A stretch of DNA of 64,000 nt from Planctomycetota bacterium (GTDB lineage: Bacteria > Planctomycetota > JAJSAM01 > JAJVHW01), in contig CBDFJG010000002.1 of NCBI GenBank assembly GCA_965248445.1, positions 704,001 to 768,000 of the forward strand, read 5' to 3'. The notes below the pieces were generated by a model, which was not told where the DNA came from, made no database searches, and worked only from the letters and a program-made list of their open reading frames with translations. The position numbers and the translations under genes are program-made. Shown here piece by piece: positions 1-9,721 of this stretch (positions within the stretch are counted from its first letter, which is position 1; each line of letters opens with the position of its first letter).

Positions 1-1805
1 AACTTGAATCCCCAGCAGCACGCCACGTCGAGCAGATCGCGTTCTTCTTCGCTGAGATCCGCAACACGCGCGTTCACCAAGTCCAGCACCGACGAGGGGA
101 TCTGGATGTCGCCGATGACCGCGGTCGAGGACCATGCGCCGTCGTCGTTCTGCGTGATGAACTGCCCCTCGCGCAGGCCGCGCAGGATCTCGAAGACGAA
201 GAACGGATTGCCGTCGGACTTGACGGCGATCTGGTTGCCCAGGTCGCGTGCCAGTTGCTCGGACCGCAGAGTGTCCTCGAGCAGCCGCACCAGATCCCTC
301 GGGCCCAGCCGCGGTAGCGAGAGTTGACGCGCCTGGTCGAGGCGCGTCAGGCCGGCGAGCCAGTCTTCCGAGACGCCCGGCCTCGTCGTCCCGATCAAGA
401 GCACTCTGTGCCCCGGCACGGCCATCGCGAGCGACGTGAAGAGTGCGCGGCCGTCGTCGGGAGCGAAGTGCAGATCGTCGATCAGGACGACGGTCGGGCG
501 CTCGGCCCCGAGTGCGCGGGTGGCGTTGACGAAGCAAGTCTGGAGCGAGTTCTTCGTCAGCGGCTCCTCGCCCTTCGGCGTGGTCTCGCCGCGGAGCAGC
601 GCGTCGAAAGCCGGGACCAGCACCGGCGTCGCGGTCAGGTGATCCGCGCAGCCGCCCTCGCCGAACTGCTCACGGTACGCCGTCGAGAAGCCGCCGGCCG
701 CAGTCGCTGCGCCGCCGGGCGGGTAGGAGCCGAAGAGGAAGTTGATGTCCTCGCCGTCGCGCTGCATCCGCCCGATGAGTTCGTCGATCAGGCGGGACTT
801 GCCGATGCCCGCCTCGCCCTCGATCAGGACGACGTTGCCCTCGCCGGACTTCGCGACGTCGTACAGCGCGCGCAGCTTCATGAGTTCGTCCTCACGTCCG
901 TAGACGGCCGTCTCGCGCGGGATGCGTACACGGCGAAGTGGGCGCTTCGTAAGCGTGCGGATCATCGACGCGCGGTGGCGCCACCACGCGGAGGCCTCGC
1001 TGTCGGCCAGCACCTTCGCGAGTTCGTCCGCCGACGCGAACCGCTCCTCGCGGTCCTTCGCGAGCAGGCAGTGCACCAGCTCCTCGAAGAACGCGGAGAG
1101 CTGGGGGTTGATCTCCCCGAGCCTGCGCGGCTCCTCGTGCAACACGCGCCGCACGACCTGCGGGATCTCTTCGGCGTAGTAGGGATTGATGCCCGATGCG
1201 AGTTCGTAGAGGACCAGTCCGAGCGTGTGCAGGTCCGCGCGACCGTCGAGTCCCTTGCCGCCCTCGCGGAACTGCTCGGGTGCTGCGTAGTGCAGCGACC
1301 CCACGAACATCCCCGTCTGCGAGAGCCGCAGCGCGTCGTCCGTCGAGCGCGCGACGCCGAGGTCCATGATCTTGACGACGTGGTCGGGCGTGATGAGCAC
1401 GTTCTCGGGCTTCATGTCGCGGTGGATCGCGCCCGCCGCGTGGATCGCCGCCAGGCCGTTGCTCACCTCGTGCCCGATGTGGCGGCACAACTCCTCGGGC
1501 ACCCGCCCGAGTTCGACGAGCAGCTCCGCGAGCGTCTGCCCCACGACGTACTCCATCGCCAAGTAGTGCTGCCCGTCGATCTCCCCGCCGTCGAACGTGC
1601 TGACGACGTTGGGATGCCGGACCGTCTTGCCGATCTCGATCTCGCGCGTGAACCGCTCCGTTGCGTCCGCGCCCTCGAGCAGGCGCGCGTGCACGACCTT
1701 GAGCGCGACGACACCGCCGGGACCGGTGGCGCGATAGACGGTCCCCATCCCGCCCGAGCCAAGCTCGCGGTCGATGCGGTACGGGCCGAGGGTCTCGCCG
1801 ATCAT
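1..1805 (-). CDS. Ser/Thr protein kinase fused to AAA/STAND ATPase (3' end runs off window)
   Basis: Not in ORF track; manual translation from ATG at 1805: MIGETLGPYRIDRELGSGGMGTVY...VALKV...HRDMKPEN...DLGVA...APE, then YGREDE and Walker A GEAGIGKS. Confidence 0.92.
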   Translation of the reverse strand, partial: MIGETLGPYRIDRELGSGGMGTVYRATGPGGVVALKVVHARLLEGADATERFTREIEIGKTVRHPNVVSTFDGGEIDGQHYLAMEYVVGQTLAELLVELGRVPEELCRHIGHEVSNGLAAIHAAGAIHRDMKPENVLITPDHVVKIMDLGVARSTDDALRLSQTGMFVGSLHYAAPEQFREGGKGLDGRADLHTLGLVLYELASGINPYYAEEIPQVVRRVLHEEPRRLGEINPQLSAFFEELVHCLLAKDREERFASADELAKVLADSEASAWWRHRASMIRTLTKRPLRRVRIPRETAVYGREDELMKLRALYDVAKSGEGNVVLIEGEAGIGKSRLIDELIGRMQRDGEDINFLFGSYPPGGAATAAGGFSTAYREQFGEGGCADHLTATPVLVPAFDALLRGETTPKGEEPLTKNSLQTCFVNATRALGAERPTVVLIDDLHFAPDDGRALFTSLAMAVPGHRVLLIGTTRPGVSEDWLAGLTRLDQARQLSLPRLGPRDLVRLLEDTLRSEQLARDLGNQIAVKSDGNPFFVFEILRGLREGQFITQNDDGAWSSTAVIGDIQIPSSVLDLVNARVADLSEEERDLLDVACCWGFK

Positions 1806-1963
1806 GGCGGGGAGCGTAGCAAGGAGCTGTAGCCGGAGTCACAGGGGGGCCGAAGGGCGGAGTCCCCCCGGGCCGGGGCACTCTGCCTCGCGCTAGGAGT
1901 CCCGGGTTTCATGCGCGGCCACCCGTCGCTCGAGATGCCGCGGTAACCGGATCGCATCTCCCC

Positions 1964-2089
1964 ATGCAGCCGCCCCGCCGTCCGCGCCGCTGGGGCCGTC
2001 TCACGGTGTGCGCGGTTGTCGCTGCCGCCATCGCCCTCCCGTTCCTGCTCTGGCTCGCGGGCTTCATCGCTGGCTACCCGCACGACTGA
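1964..2089 (+). CDS. 41-aa small membrane protein with PRRPRRW leader
   Basis: MQPPRRPRRWGRLTVCAVVAAAIALPFLLWLAGFIAGYPHD*; shares N-terminal motif with the two downstream genes. Confidence 0.55.
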   Translation: MQPPRRPRRWGRLTVCAVVAAAIALPFLLWLAGFIAGYPHD

Positions 2090-2321
2090 CCCGGGGCATC
2101 CATCGGTGCAAGCGCCCCGGCCCGACGCGACGGGCGACCGGCAGGGGGGCGGGTGGGGGCCGGATAGTCCCCGGGGCGCCGGCCCCCCTGCTCGATAGGG
2201 AGTTCCAGCCGTCGCAGCCGCGAGGAGTTCGCCCCCCGGGCGGATGCCCCTTCCGCTGCACGAACCCGTGGAGAGAGCCGCGCCGCCGGGAAGGCCCATC
2301 TCCATCATCTAGACTCCCCTC

Positions 2322-2738
2322 ATGGAGACCCCTCCGCGGCGTCCGCGACGGTGGAGCCTTCGCGCGTTCGGTGTCTTGCCGCGCGTCGTGTTGGTGTTCG
2401 CCCTTGTGGCGCTGGTTGGGTGGCCGGAGAGCCACGAGTTCGTGCGCGGGACGCTCACCACCTTTCCGGAGGGCTCGTTGCTGACCCTTCACCGCCGCGT
2501 GCCGCCTCGTCAAAGATGGCGCAGCCGCCCCATCAGTATCAGGACACCCAACGAACGCCTGACGCACGCGGGAGCGAGTGCGTCCTTGATCGGGGACGGC
2601 TCGCTGGTCGTGTGGGCGCCAAGCGACTCGCGGGGTTGGACGCGGTATCTGGTGCGTGACTCGACGGTCCGATTGATCTCGGGCGGCACGGATGACACGC
2701 TGTGGACGACGCGCGCGAGCGCGCATGCCTATCGCTGA
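2322..2738 (+). CDS. hypothetical membrane-anchored protein with PRRPRRW leader
   Basis: METPPRRPRRWSLRAFGV + hydrophobic helix + WPESHEF; TAGACT 6 nt upstream of ATG. Confidence 0.65.
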   Translation: METPPRRPRRWSLRAFGVLPRVVLVFALVALVGWPESHEFVRGTLTTFPEGSLLTLHRRVPPRQRWRSRPISIRTPNERLTHAGASASLIGDGSLVVWAPSDSRGWTRYLVRDSTVRLISGGTDDTLWTTRASAHAYR

Positions 2739-2752
2739 AGGATGATCCGCGA

Positions 2753-3058
2753 GTGGCGCTGACTCCCGCTCCCCGCCGTCCGCGCCGCTGGAGTCATCGC
2801 GCGTTCGGGGTCGTCGTCCGCGTCTTCCTGGTCCTCGGCCTGATGGCGATGGTGGCGTGGCCGGAGTGGCACGAGTTTGGGACGGAGTTCTTCGAGCCAC
2901 TCTTCGGGGGGCACTCGTCGTCGGTTGACGGCTACTGGGCGTACGGGACGCGCGGCAAGGACGTGCGGTACGTGCGCGTCGGCTGCGTGCCGACAGACGA
3001 CGGCAGGCTCCGACTACTCCTCCGCGACTCCTCCCTCGGCGTGATCGCTGGGCGCTAG
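2753..3058 (+). CDS. hypothetical membrane-anchored protein, paralog of 2322-2738
   Basis: GTG start; PAPRRPRRWSHRAFGV + helix + WPEWHEF. Confidence 0.6.
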   Translation: MALTPAPRRPRRWSHRAFGVVVRVFLVLGLMAMVAWPEWHEFGTEFFEPLFGGHSSSVDGYWAYGTRGKDVRYVRVGCVPTDDGRLRLLLRDSSLGVIAGR

Positions 3059-3545
3059 CTCCTGTCGCGTGGGCGGCTGAGGACGTAGAGGCCAGCGAGG
3101 AGAGCCATGAGGGAGTGCGGCCCCCTGACGAGCATGTACGCGGTGGACAGCGACGATTCGCCCGCCGTCGTCTTCGATGGCGCCATCAGCGTCCATACCG
3201 CCGGGAAGTACACGAGCGTCCACAGGACGCAGCAGGCCATCGCGACGACGAGCGCACCGCCGCTCGCCGCTCCGCGGAAGAAGTTGTGGCTGCGCGTCTG
3301 TTCCGCCAGGTCACCGTCGCGCCACCGTCGGCTGAGCACGTACAGGCCGAGTAGCAGGGGGACCAGACCGGAGTTCAGTTCGCTCGCACCGATCAGCAGC
3401 AGATCGGTGGGTCTTCCCTCGAAGGGCACCAGTTCGGCAATCGAACGCGCGCCGCGCAGGATGTCCATCGCGCCGAGCAGGCAGCAGGACGAACAGCCCG
3501 ACCTGGCCCAGACTGGTGAAGCGGAGGAGGAACGTCCGGGCGCAT
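3055..3545 (-). pseudogene. membrane protein, probably frameshifted near its 5' end
   Basis: Hydrophobic ORF with internal repeat LLxGLYVLSR; the likely ATG (3545, TAGAGT 6 nt upstream) is out of frame with the body, and the ORF-track start lies inside the IS. Confidence 0.45.
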
Positions 3546-3558
3546 GCGCCGACTCTAG

Positions 3559-5227
3559 CCGCATCTGTTCACGAGACGTCGCGATGACGGTGCTTTCGGA
3601 GTCCACAGGGTCAGATCTTGGCCAGGCGAGGGCGGATGCTGTCGTCGTTGCCACAAGGGCAACGCGAGTGAGCGGCCGAAACGGCGCGGATTCTGCGGTG
3701 TGGGCAGACCGTAGGCCGGGCGGTGGTGTGGCGGACGGCGCGGCGGGACGTCAGGTCGGCTTCGGGGATGCCAGCAGTCGTTGCGCGCAGCGCTCGAAGA
3801 CGTGCTGCCAGGGCCACGACGAGGACATCGAGACCCAGATCCGGCGCGTCGTGATCCGCACGAGCGCGCCGATCTTGAGCAGCCGCAGGCGGATCGTGCC
3901 GGCTTGCGCACGCGCCATCTCGGTGCCGGCGAGACCGATGCGTCGCAGCGCACAGGTCAGGACGTAGGCCATGGCCGACATGGCCATCCGCACGGCGTTG
4001 CCCTGCATCGTGTGCACCGACAGACGGGTGCCGAAGAGCTCGAGCTGCTGCTCCTTGATGCGATTCTCCGCCTCGCCCCGGGCGCAGTAGAGCTGCTCGT
4101 AGAGACGCTTGCTGCTCCAGCTACGAGGCGGCAGATTGGTCACCACGAAGCGGGGATTGCGCTTGCCGCCCGGCAGGTGCTCGGCCTTGGCGACCACGCG
4201 ACGCCTCTGGCTCCAGCTCCCCAGCGTGGTCCAGGCAAAGTCGCGAAAGACCCGGGCTGCTCGGCCGGTCTGCACGGCACGGGCTGCGGCCTCATCGAGC
4301 GCGTCTTCGACGTGTCGCTCAAGGCGCTCATTGCGCGCCATGCCCAGCAGGTAGAAGTGGCCGGCGGCCTCGCACCAGGCCATCAGCTCCTCGCGGCAAA
4401 AGCCCGAGTCTGCGCGCACGAGCACCTTGGCCCGGGGCCAGCGGCGCCGCAGACGTAAGACCAGCGCACGGAGCTCGTCCACGACTCCGCGCGCGGGATC
4501 TCTGTCAGCGGTCTGGAGCCGAGCGAGCAAGAGGTGCTCGCCGCAGAAGACGTACAGCGGCAGGTAGCAGTAGTGCCCGTAGTAGCCGTGGAAGAAGCGG
4601 CCCTCCTGCCGGCCGTGCAGCCGCACGTCGGAGTGGTCCAGGTCCAGCACGAGCAGGCCCGGATCCTCCGGCCCCATGGCCTCGCAGAAGACGTCGCTGA
4701 GCACGCTGTCCACGCGCTCCTGGTCCATCTCGATCTTGGCGTAGCGCGTCTGTGCCGTGGCGCCGAGCTGCGTGGTCTCGAGCCGCGAGAGCGTCGGGTG
4801 CGTGGCCAGAGCACCCTCGCGCTTGCCGCACGCCGCGGCAAACAGCGGGTCCTTGCCGACATGGTCGTGGTCCACCAGATCCTCGTAGCCCGCGCACAGC
4901 CCGAAGACCCGCTGACGCAGCATCTGGCCGACCGTGTGCTCGACCCGACGCGGGTCCCGGTGGTCCCCGAAGCAGCGCGCAAACCGCGAGAGCAGATCGA
5001 TGCGACGATCGACCCGCTCGAGCAGCAGCACGCCCCCGTCGCTCGTCACGGTACCGGCGTCGAAGCGCGTCACCGCGGTGCGTCCACAGATGCCCGCGAA
5101 GAGGGTCCCCTGCGGGCTACAGTCTGTCGTCATCGGGCCGGCGCTCCTGTCGGTGCAAGTACTAGCGAGTACGAGCACTTAGACAGACGACGGCCCGCTC
5201 AGATTCCCGGCTGGTGAACGATTCGGG
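3559..5227 (-). mobile_element. IS1380-family insertion sequence (1669 bp)
   Basis: CTAG direct repeats at 3555-3558 and 5228-5231; imperfect terminal IRs CCGCATCTGTTCACGAGACG vs CCCGAATCGTTCACCAGCCG (13/20); transposase inside. Confidence 0.88.
3751..5133 (-). CDS. IS1380-family DDE transposase
   Basis: TSDGGVLLL, D.RDPRRVEH, LDLDHSD..LHGRQEG.FFHGYY..YCYLPL, RADSGF, Y.ARGEAENRIKEQQ motifs; start taken at MTTDC. Confidence 0.95.
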   Translation of the reverse strand: MTTDCSPQGTLFAGICGRTAVTRFDAGTVTSDGGVLLLERVDRRIDLLSRFARCFGDHRDPRRVEHTVGQMLRQRVFGLCAGYEDLVDHDHVGKDPLFAAACGKREGALATHPTLSRLETTQLGATAQTRYAKIEMDQERVDSVLSDVFCEAMGPEDPGLLVLDLDHSDVRLHGRQEGRFFHGYYGHYCYLPLYVFCGEHLLLARLQTADRDPARGVVDELRALVLRLRRRWPRAKVLVRADSGFCREELMAWCEAAGHFYLLGMARNERLERHVEDALDEAAARAVQTGRAARVFRDFAWTTLGSWSQRRRVVAKAEHLPGGKRNPRFVVTNLPPRSWSSKRLYEQLYCARGEAENRIKEQQLELFGTRLSVHTMQGNAVRMAMSAMAYVLTCALRRIGLAGTEMARAQAGTIRLRLLKIGALVRITTRRIWVSMSSSWPWQHVFERCAQRLLASPKPT

Positions 5228-5283
5228 CTAGGGCACACACGCCGGAGTTGATCGGGTGCGAATGCCCGCCGGTCTCGGCCCCG

Positions 5284-6129
5284 CTACCCCCGCCGGCGGC
5301 CGTGCCACGCCTCGTCGTACTCGCGCTCTTCCTTCAAGTTCGCCGGCGCGCCCACCACGTCGGTGATCGTCGGCAGCGCGGTGCATCCGAAGTGCGCGAG
5401 CATGCGCTCGACCTCGCGGGGGTCGTTCAGGGCCTCCACGGTCGTCTCGAAGTAGCGGACGCCCGGGAAGCGCTCCTGATAGGCCCGAGCTCGCGCCAGG
5501 ACCTCGTCCACGTACCACTCGAGGCAGTCGAGTTCGTACCTCACGATGAAGTCGGCGACGCGCGGCTTGGGCAGCCCCAGGCGCGCGTAGACACGTCCCC
5601 CACGGAACGGCAGCTTGAGCAGCCGGAAGAGCGAGTACGTGAGCCGCGCCGGCAGAAGGCGCCGCGGCGGTGCGACCAACGGCCCCGCCGCGTCGGGAGT
5701 GATGACCAGGCGCCGACCGCTCGACATGAGCGGGAATACGCCGAGCCGGAAGAGGCTCGCGGCGACCTTCGCCTTGTCGCGCGTGAGGATGATCACCCCC
5801 ATCTTGCTCTCCGACAGGTGCTCCGGAAGGAGCCAGCCGAAGCCCTTGATGAAGTGGTGGCTCGTCTCGACGTAGAGGTCGTGCTCGCGCCGCACGTCGT
5901 GGATCTTCGCGACCTTCTCACGCACCGGCTCCCGCATCGGTTCGGGGTTGCCGAGCAGATACGCGCGCATGGCCGGCCCGTCGCAACGGGGACTCGGCTC
6001 GTGGAGCGCGCGGCACCCGGCGACGTGCTTGAACAACGTCGTCAGATAGCCCGATCCGGACCGTCCCGCGTTGATGCAGAAGATGGACTCGACCGCATCG
6101 CCGGTCGCCGCCGCGTCGCCGTGCTCCAC
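5284..6129 (-). CDS. sulfotransferase-like P-loop protein
   Basis: IFCINAGRSGS...HEP motif typical of the PAPS-binding loop; start uncertain. Confidence 0.7.
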   Translation of the reverse strand: MEHGDAAATGDAVESIFCINAGRSGSGYLTTLFKHVAGCRALHEPSPRCDGPAMRAYLLGNPEPMREPVREKVAKIHDVRREHDLYVETSHHFIKGFGWLLPEHLSESKMGVIILTRDKAKVAASLFRLGVFPLMSSGRRLVITPDAAGPLVAPPRRLLPARLTYSLFRLLKLPFRGGRVYARLGLPKPRVADFIVRYELDCLEWYVDEVLARARAYQERFPGVRYFETTVEALNDPREVERMLAHFGCTALPTITDVVGAPANLKEEREYDEAWHGRRRG

Positions 6130-6262
6130 CTGTTCGGAAGCCCTCCAGCCGGCACGATCGCCGAGCGCGTCAGCTTGGCAGCCCGCCACACACTGCACTC
6201 AGAAGAAGTCATCCCCTGCCGCGGCGAGGCTGACTGCCCCGTCGCGGGCTAGACTGCCGCGC

Positions 6263-7756
6263 GTGGCGACCCGCGTACGACTGCTGATCCTCGTCGCGCT
6301 GCTGCTGCTCACGGGGGCACCAGCAGTCGCCGGAGAGGGCCGTTCGTTCGAGACGCTCACCCTCGCGCAGGGCACGCCGTTCGAAACCCCCGTGTACATC
6401 CAGGACTCGGGGCACAACGGACCGACGGTCGTCATCATCGCCGGCCTGCACGGCGACGAGCCGGCGCCGCCGTACGCCGCCGAGCAGATCCGTCATTGGC
6501 CCCTCCGCCAGGGACGGCTGGTCGTGGTCCCGCGCGCGAACCAGCCAGCGCTCGGCAAGCGGACGCGCTCGACTCCCGGTGTGCCGAGGGACGTGGCGAA
6601 CGCGAACCGCAATTTCCCACGTACCGAAGAGCCCAAAGGTGCCGCGCCGCGGGGCGAACTCGCCGCAGCACTCTGGTCGCTTCTGCGCCACGAGCGGCCC
6701 AAGTGGGTGCTCGATCTGCACGAGGGAACCGACGTCCACAAGCGCAACCCGAAGAGCGTCGGCCGCACGATCATCATGGCACGCGAGAAGCGGGCCGACG
6801 AGGTCTGCGATCGCATGCTCGCCGCTGTGAACAGCACCATCTCCGACGAGACGGTGCACTTCGTACGGCTGACCAGTCCGGTCGATGGAGGCGTCGCGCG
6901 GGCCGCAGCCGATCGCCTCGGCGCGCGCGCGATGATCGTCGAAACGGCCGTGAAGGGGCTCGCGGTCTCCACGCGAGCGATGCAGCAGCGAGTGCTCGTG
7001 CACCGGTTCCTGCTCGACCAGAAGATGCTGGCCCGCGGTGTGGAACCAGCCGACGTCGGATTCAGAGACGGCGAACGACTGGACACGGTGATCGGCGTCT
7101 ACGACGGCGGCGGCACCGGGGGCGCGGGAGCCCCAAGTCTGCTGCGTCAGTTGCCCGAACTGCCGGGCGTCGCGGTCGCTCGAGTCGGACCGACCGAGAT
7201 CCGCGCCGGAGCCCTCGACGGCTTCGACGTGGTCGTCTTCTCCGGGGGGATGGGCGGCAGCCAGTCGCGATGGCTCGCAGACGGAGGGCGCGAGAACGTG
7301 CGCCAGTTCGTGGAGAACGGAGGCGGGTACGTCGGCATCTGCGCCGGGTCGTACCTGGCGTGCACGGGCTTCTCGTGGGGGCTCGGCATCCTGGACGCAC
7401 GCACCAAGTCGCCGAAGTGGCGCCGCGGCAAGGGCACCGTGCGCATGCAGTTGACCGAGGACGGCCGAGAGTTGCTCGGAGACCGGGCCGATCCGTTCGG
7501 CGTCAAGTACGCAAACGGACCGATCCTGGCGCCCGCCGGCAACGACGACGTGCCGGACTTCGAGACGCTCGCCTTGTTCCGCACCGAGGTCGCGAAGAAC
7601 GGCGCACCGAAGGGCATCATGGTCGACTCCCCCGCCGTGGTGCGCGGCCGGTTCGGCAAGGGCCGCGTCGTCTGCTTCAGTCCACATCCGGAGCAGACCA
7701 AGGGACTGCACGATCTCGTGCGACGCGCGGTGAGCTGGCTCGCCGCGGACGACTGA
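6263..7756 (+). CDS. secreted M14 (succinylglutamate desuccinylase/aspartoacylase-like) peptidase fused to BPL_N GATase-like domain
   Basis: Signal peptide; GLHGDE, NRNFP, DLHEG; C-terminal GGYVGICAG and SPHPE. Confidence 0.85.
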   Translation: MATRVRLLILVALLLLTGAPAVAGEGRSFETLTLAQGTPFETPVYIQDSGHNGPTVVIIAGLHGDEPAPPYAAEQIRHWPLRQGRLVVVPRANQPALGKRTRSTPGVPRDVANANRNFPRTEEPKGAAPRGELAAALWSLLRHERPKWVLDLHEGTDVHKRNPKSVGRTIIMAREKRADEVCDRMLAAVNSTISDETVHFVRLTSPVDGGVARAAADRLGARAMIVETAVKGLAVSTRAMQQRVLVHRFLLDQKMLARGVEPADVGFRDGERLDTVIGVYDGGGTGGAGAPSLLRQLPELPGVAVARVGPTEIRAGALDGFDVVVFSGGMGGSQSRWLADGGRENVRQFVENGGGYVGICAGSYLACTGFSWGLGILDARTKSPKWRRGKGTVRMQLTEDGRELLGDRADPFGVKYANGPILAPAGNDDVPDFETLALFRTEVAKNGAPKGIMVDSPAVVRGRFGKGRVVCFSPHPEQTKGLHDLVRRAVSWLAADD

Positions 7757-7828
7757 CCGCACTCTGCCCGGTCCGTCGCCGCTCCGAGAGTTGCAGCTTC
7801 GCGCGAGGCGTGATCGTCTCGGTGCTCC

Positions 7829-9613
7829 ATGGCGCTTCTGGTCCTCGACGACATCCACAAGGCGTACCCCGAGCAGGAACTCCTGCGCGGTGTGTCACTC
7901 GTCATCGAGGCCGACACCCGCATCGGCATCGTCGGGCGCAACGGCACGGGGAAGTCCACGTTGATGCGCATATTCGCCGGAGTCGAGGAACCGGACTCGG
8001 GGCAGCGCACGTTGAAGAGCGGTCTGCGGGTGGGACACCTCATCCAGGAGGCACCGGAGTACGCGGGGCGCGTGCGCGATGCGGTGCGAGGAGACGGCCA
8101 CGCGCCCGATCATCGCGTCGAGGAGTTTGTCTCGCGCGTGGGCCTGCCGGACCCGGATGTGCTCGTCTCCACCCTGTCCGGTGGAGAGCGGCGACGGGTG
8201 TCGCTCGCGCGCGTGCTCGTCGAGGCGCCGGATCTGCTGCTCCTCGACGAGCCGACCAATCACCTCGACGCGTTCGTGATCGACTGGCTCGAGGACCATC
8301 TGCTCAAGAGCCGGCTACCTGTCGTGATGGTCACGCACGACCGTTACTTCCTCGATCGCGTCGTGGACCGCGTGATCGAGATCGACCGCGGCGCACTCCA
8401 CTCCTACGACGGCGGCTACGCGGGCTACCTCCGGGGCAAGGCCGCGCGCGCGGAGACCGATCGCAAGGGCGAGGTCGCGCGACAGGGCCTGCTGCGCCGC
8501 GAGACCGACTGGATGCGGCGGGGTCCGCCCGCGCGCAGCACCAAGGCGAAGGCGCGGATCGCGCGCTATCACCACCTGCTCGACGACGCGCCCGAGGCGC
8601 CGCCCGGTGAACTGGCGTTCGCGATCCCGCCGGGACCGCGGCTGGGCACGCGCGTGGTCCGCGCCCGCGACCTCGCCCTGCGCGTCGCCGATCGAACGCT
8701 GGTCGAGGGACTCGACCTCGACGTCGGCCAGGGTGAGCGGCTCGGTATCGTCGGGCCGAACGGCGCGGGCAAGACGACCCTGCTGCGCGCGATCACGGGA
8801 CAGCGCCCTCCGGACGCGGGCACCGTGGACGTCGGCGAGACGGTGCGGCTGGCCGCGATCGACCAGCAGCGCGCGGACCTCGACCCGAAGAAGACGGTCG
8901 TTGAGGAGATCGGCGCTGCCGGCGACCACGTGAAGATCGGCGAGCGCTCGGTTCGACTCGAGAGCTTCCTCGACGGGTTCCTCTTCCCGGGGGACCGAAA
9001 GCATACGCGGGTCGAGCGTCTGTCGGGCGGCGAACGCAATCGCGTGCTGCTCGCGAAGCTCCTCCTAAAGGGCGGCAACGTCCTGGTGCTCGACGAGCCT
9101 ACGAATGACCTCGACCTGCCGACGCTCCGCGCACTCGAGGAAGCACTGATCGCATTCGAGGGGTCGGTCGTGGTCGTCAGCCACGACCGCTGGTTCCTTG
9201 ACCGGGTGGCGACGGAGATCCTGCACCTCGACGGACTCGGACGCGCAACGCGGTACGGCGGCGGCGTCAGTGACCTCCTCGAGCGCTTGTCCGCGGAACG
9301 CAGGGAGAGCGAGACCGCCTCAGCGAGATCGGAGCGCGCCCGCCGCACCACGAAGAAGCCGGAGCCGCGCGCGCGCAGCCGCCGGCTGAGCACATGGGAG
9401 ACGCGAGAGCTCGAGGCCCTCCCCGCGCAGATCGAGACCGCTGACGCGCGTCTCGAGGGCTTGTCCGCGCAACTCGCCGACCCAGCCCTCTACAAGGGCC
9501 CCGCCGCCGAGCGCGAACGCGTGCAGGCAGAACATGGAGTAGCGGCCGCCGAGAACGAACGCCTGTACGCCCGCTGGGAGGAGCTCGAAGCCCTCCGCGA
9601 CGCGCGCTCCTGA
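7829..9613 (+). CDS. uup: ABC-F family ATPase (Uup-like)
   Basis: Two ABC cassettes (GRNGTGKS, LSGGE, DEPTNHLD; GPNGAGKT, DEPTNDLD), no TM segments, C-terminal YARWEELE. Confidence 0.9.
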   Translation: MALLVLDDIHKAYPEQELLRGVSLVIEADTRIGIVGRNGTGKSTLMRIFAGVEEPDSGQRTLKSGLRVGHLIQEAPEYAGRVRDAVRGDGHAPDHRVEEFVSRVGLPDPDVLVSTLSGGERRRVSLARVLVEAPDLLLLDEPTNHLDAFVIDWLEDHLLKSRLPVVMVTHDRYFLDRVVDRVIEIDRGALHSYDGGYAGYLRGKAARAETDRKGEVARQGLLRRETDWMRRGPPARSTKAKARIARYHHLLDDAPEAPPGELAFAIPPGPRLGTRVVRARDLALRVADRTLVEGLDLDVGQGERLGIVGPNGAGKTTLLRAITGQRPPDAGTVDVGETVRLAAIDQQRADLDPKKTVVEEIGAAGDHVKIGERSVRLESFLDGFLFPGDRKHTRVERLSGGERNRVLLAKLLLKGGNVLVLDEPTNDLDLPTLRALEEALIAFEGSVVVVSHDRWFLDRVATEILHLDGLGRATRYGGGVSDLLERLSAERRESETASARSERARRTTKKPEPRARSRRLSTWETRELEALPAQIETADARLEGLSAQLADPALYKGPAAERERVQAEHGVAAAENERLYARWEELEALRDARS

Positions 9614-9660
9614 TCGCCGCCGGCCCAGCACGCCCCCTGCCTCACTCCGTCGCCGCAGTG

Positions 9661-9687
9661 ATGCAAAGTCCTTTGCATTGCAAAGTC
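9661..9687. promoter_or_regulatory. palindromic operator candidate
   Basis: ATGCAAAG-TC-CTTTGCAT perfect inverted repeat plus an adjacent third half-site TGCAAAGTC; AT-rich patch upstream of AAGGAGG RBS. Confidence 0.65.
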
Positions 9688-9721
9688 AATCGGTCAGAGT
9701 GCCCCCACCAAGGAGGCACGC

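Noticed and set aside
324..1832. 502-aa plus-strand ORF and many other long overlapping ORFs in the track
   Set aside because: Antisense or alternate-frame shadows of real genes in high-GC DNA, with no recognisable motifs.
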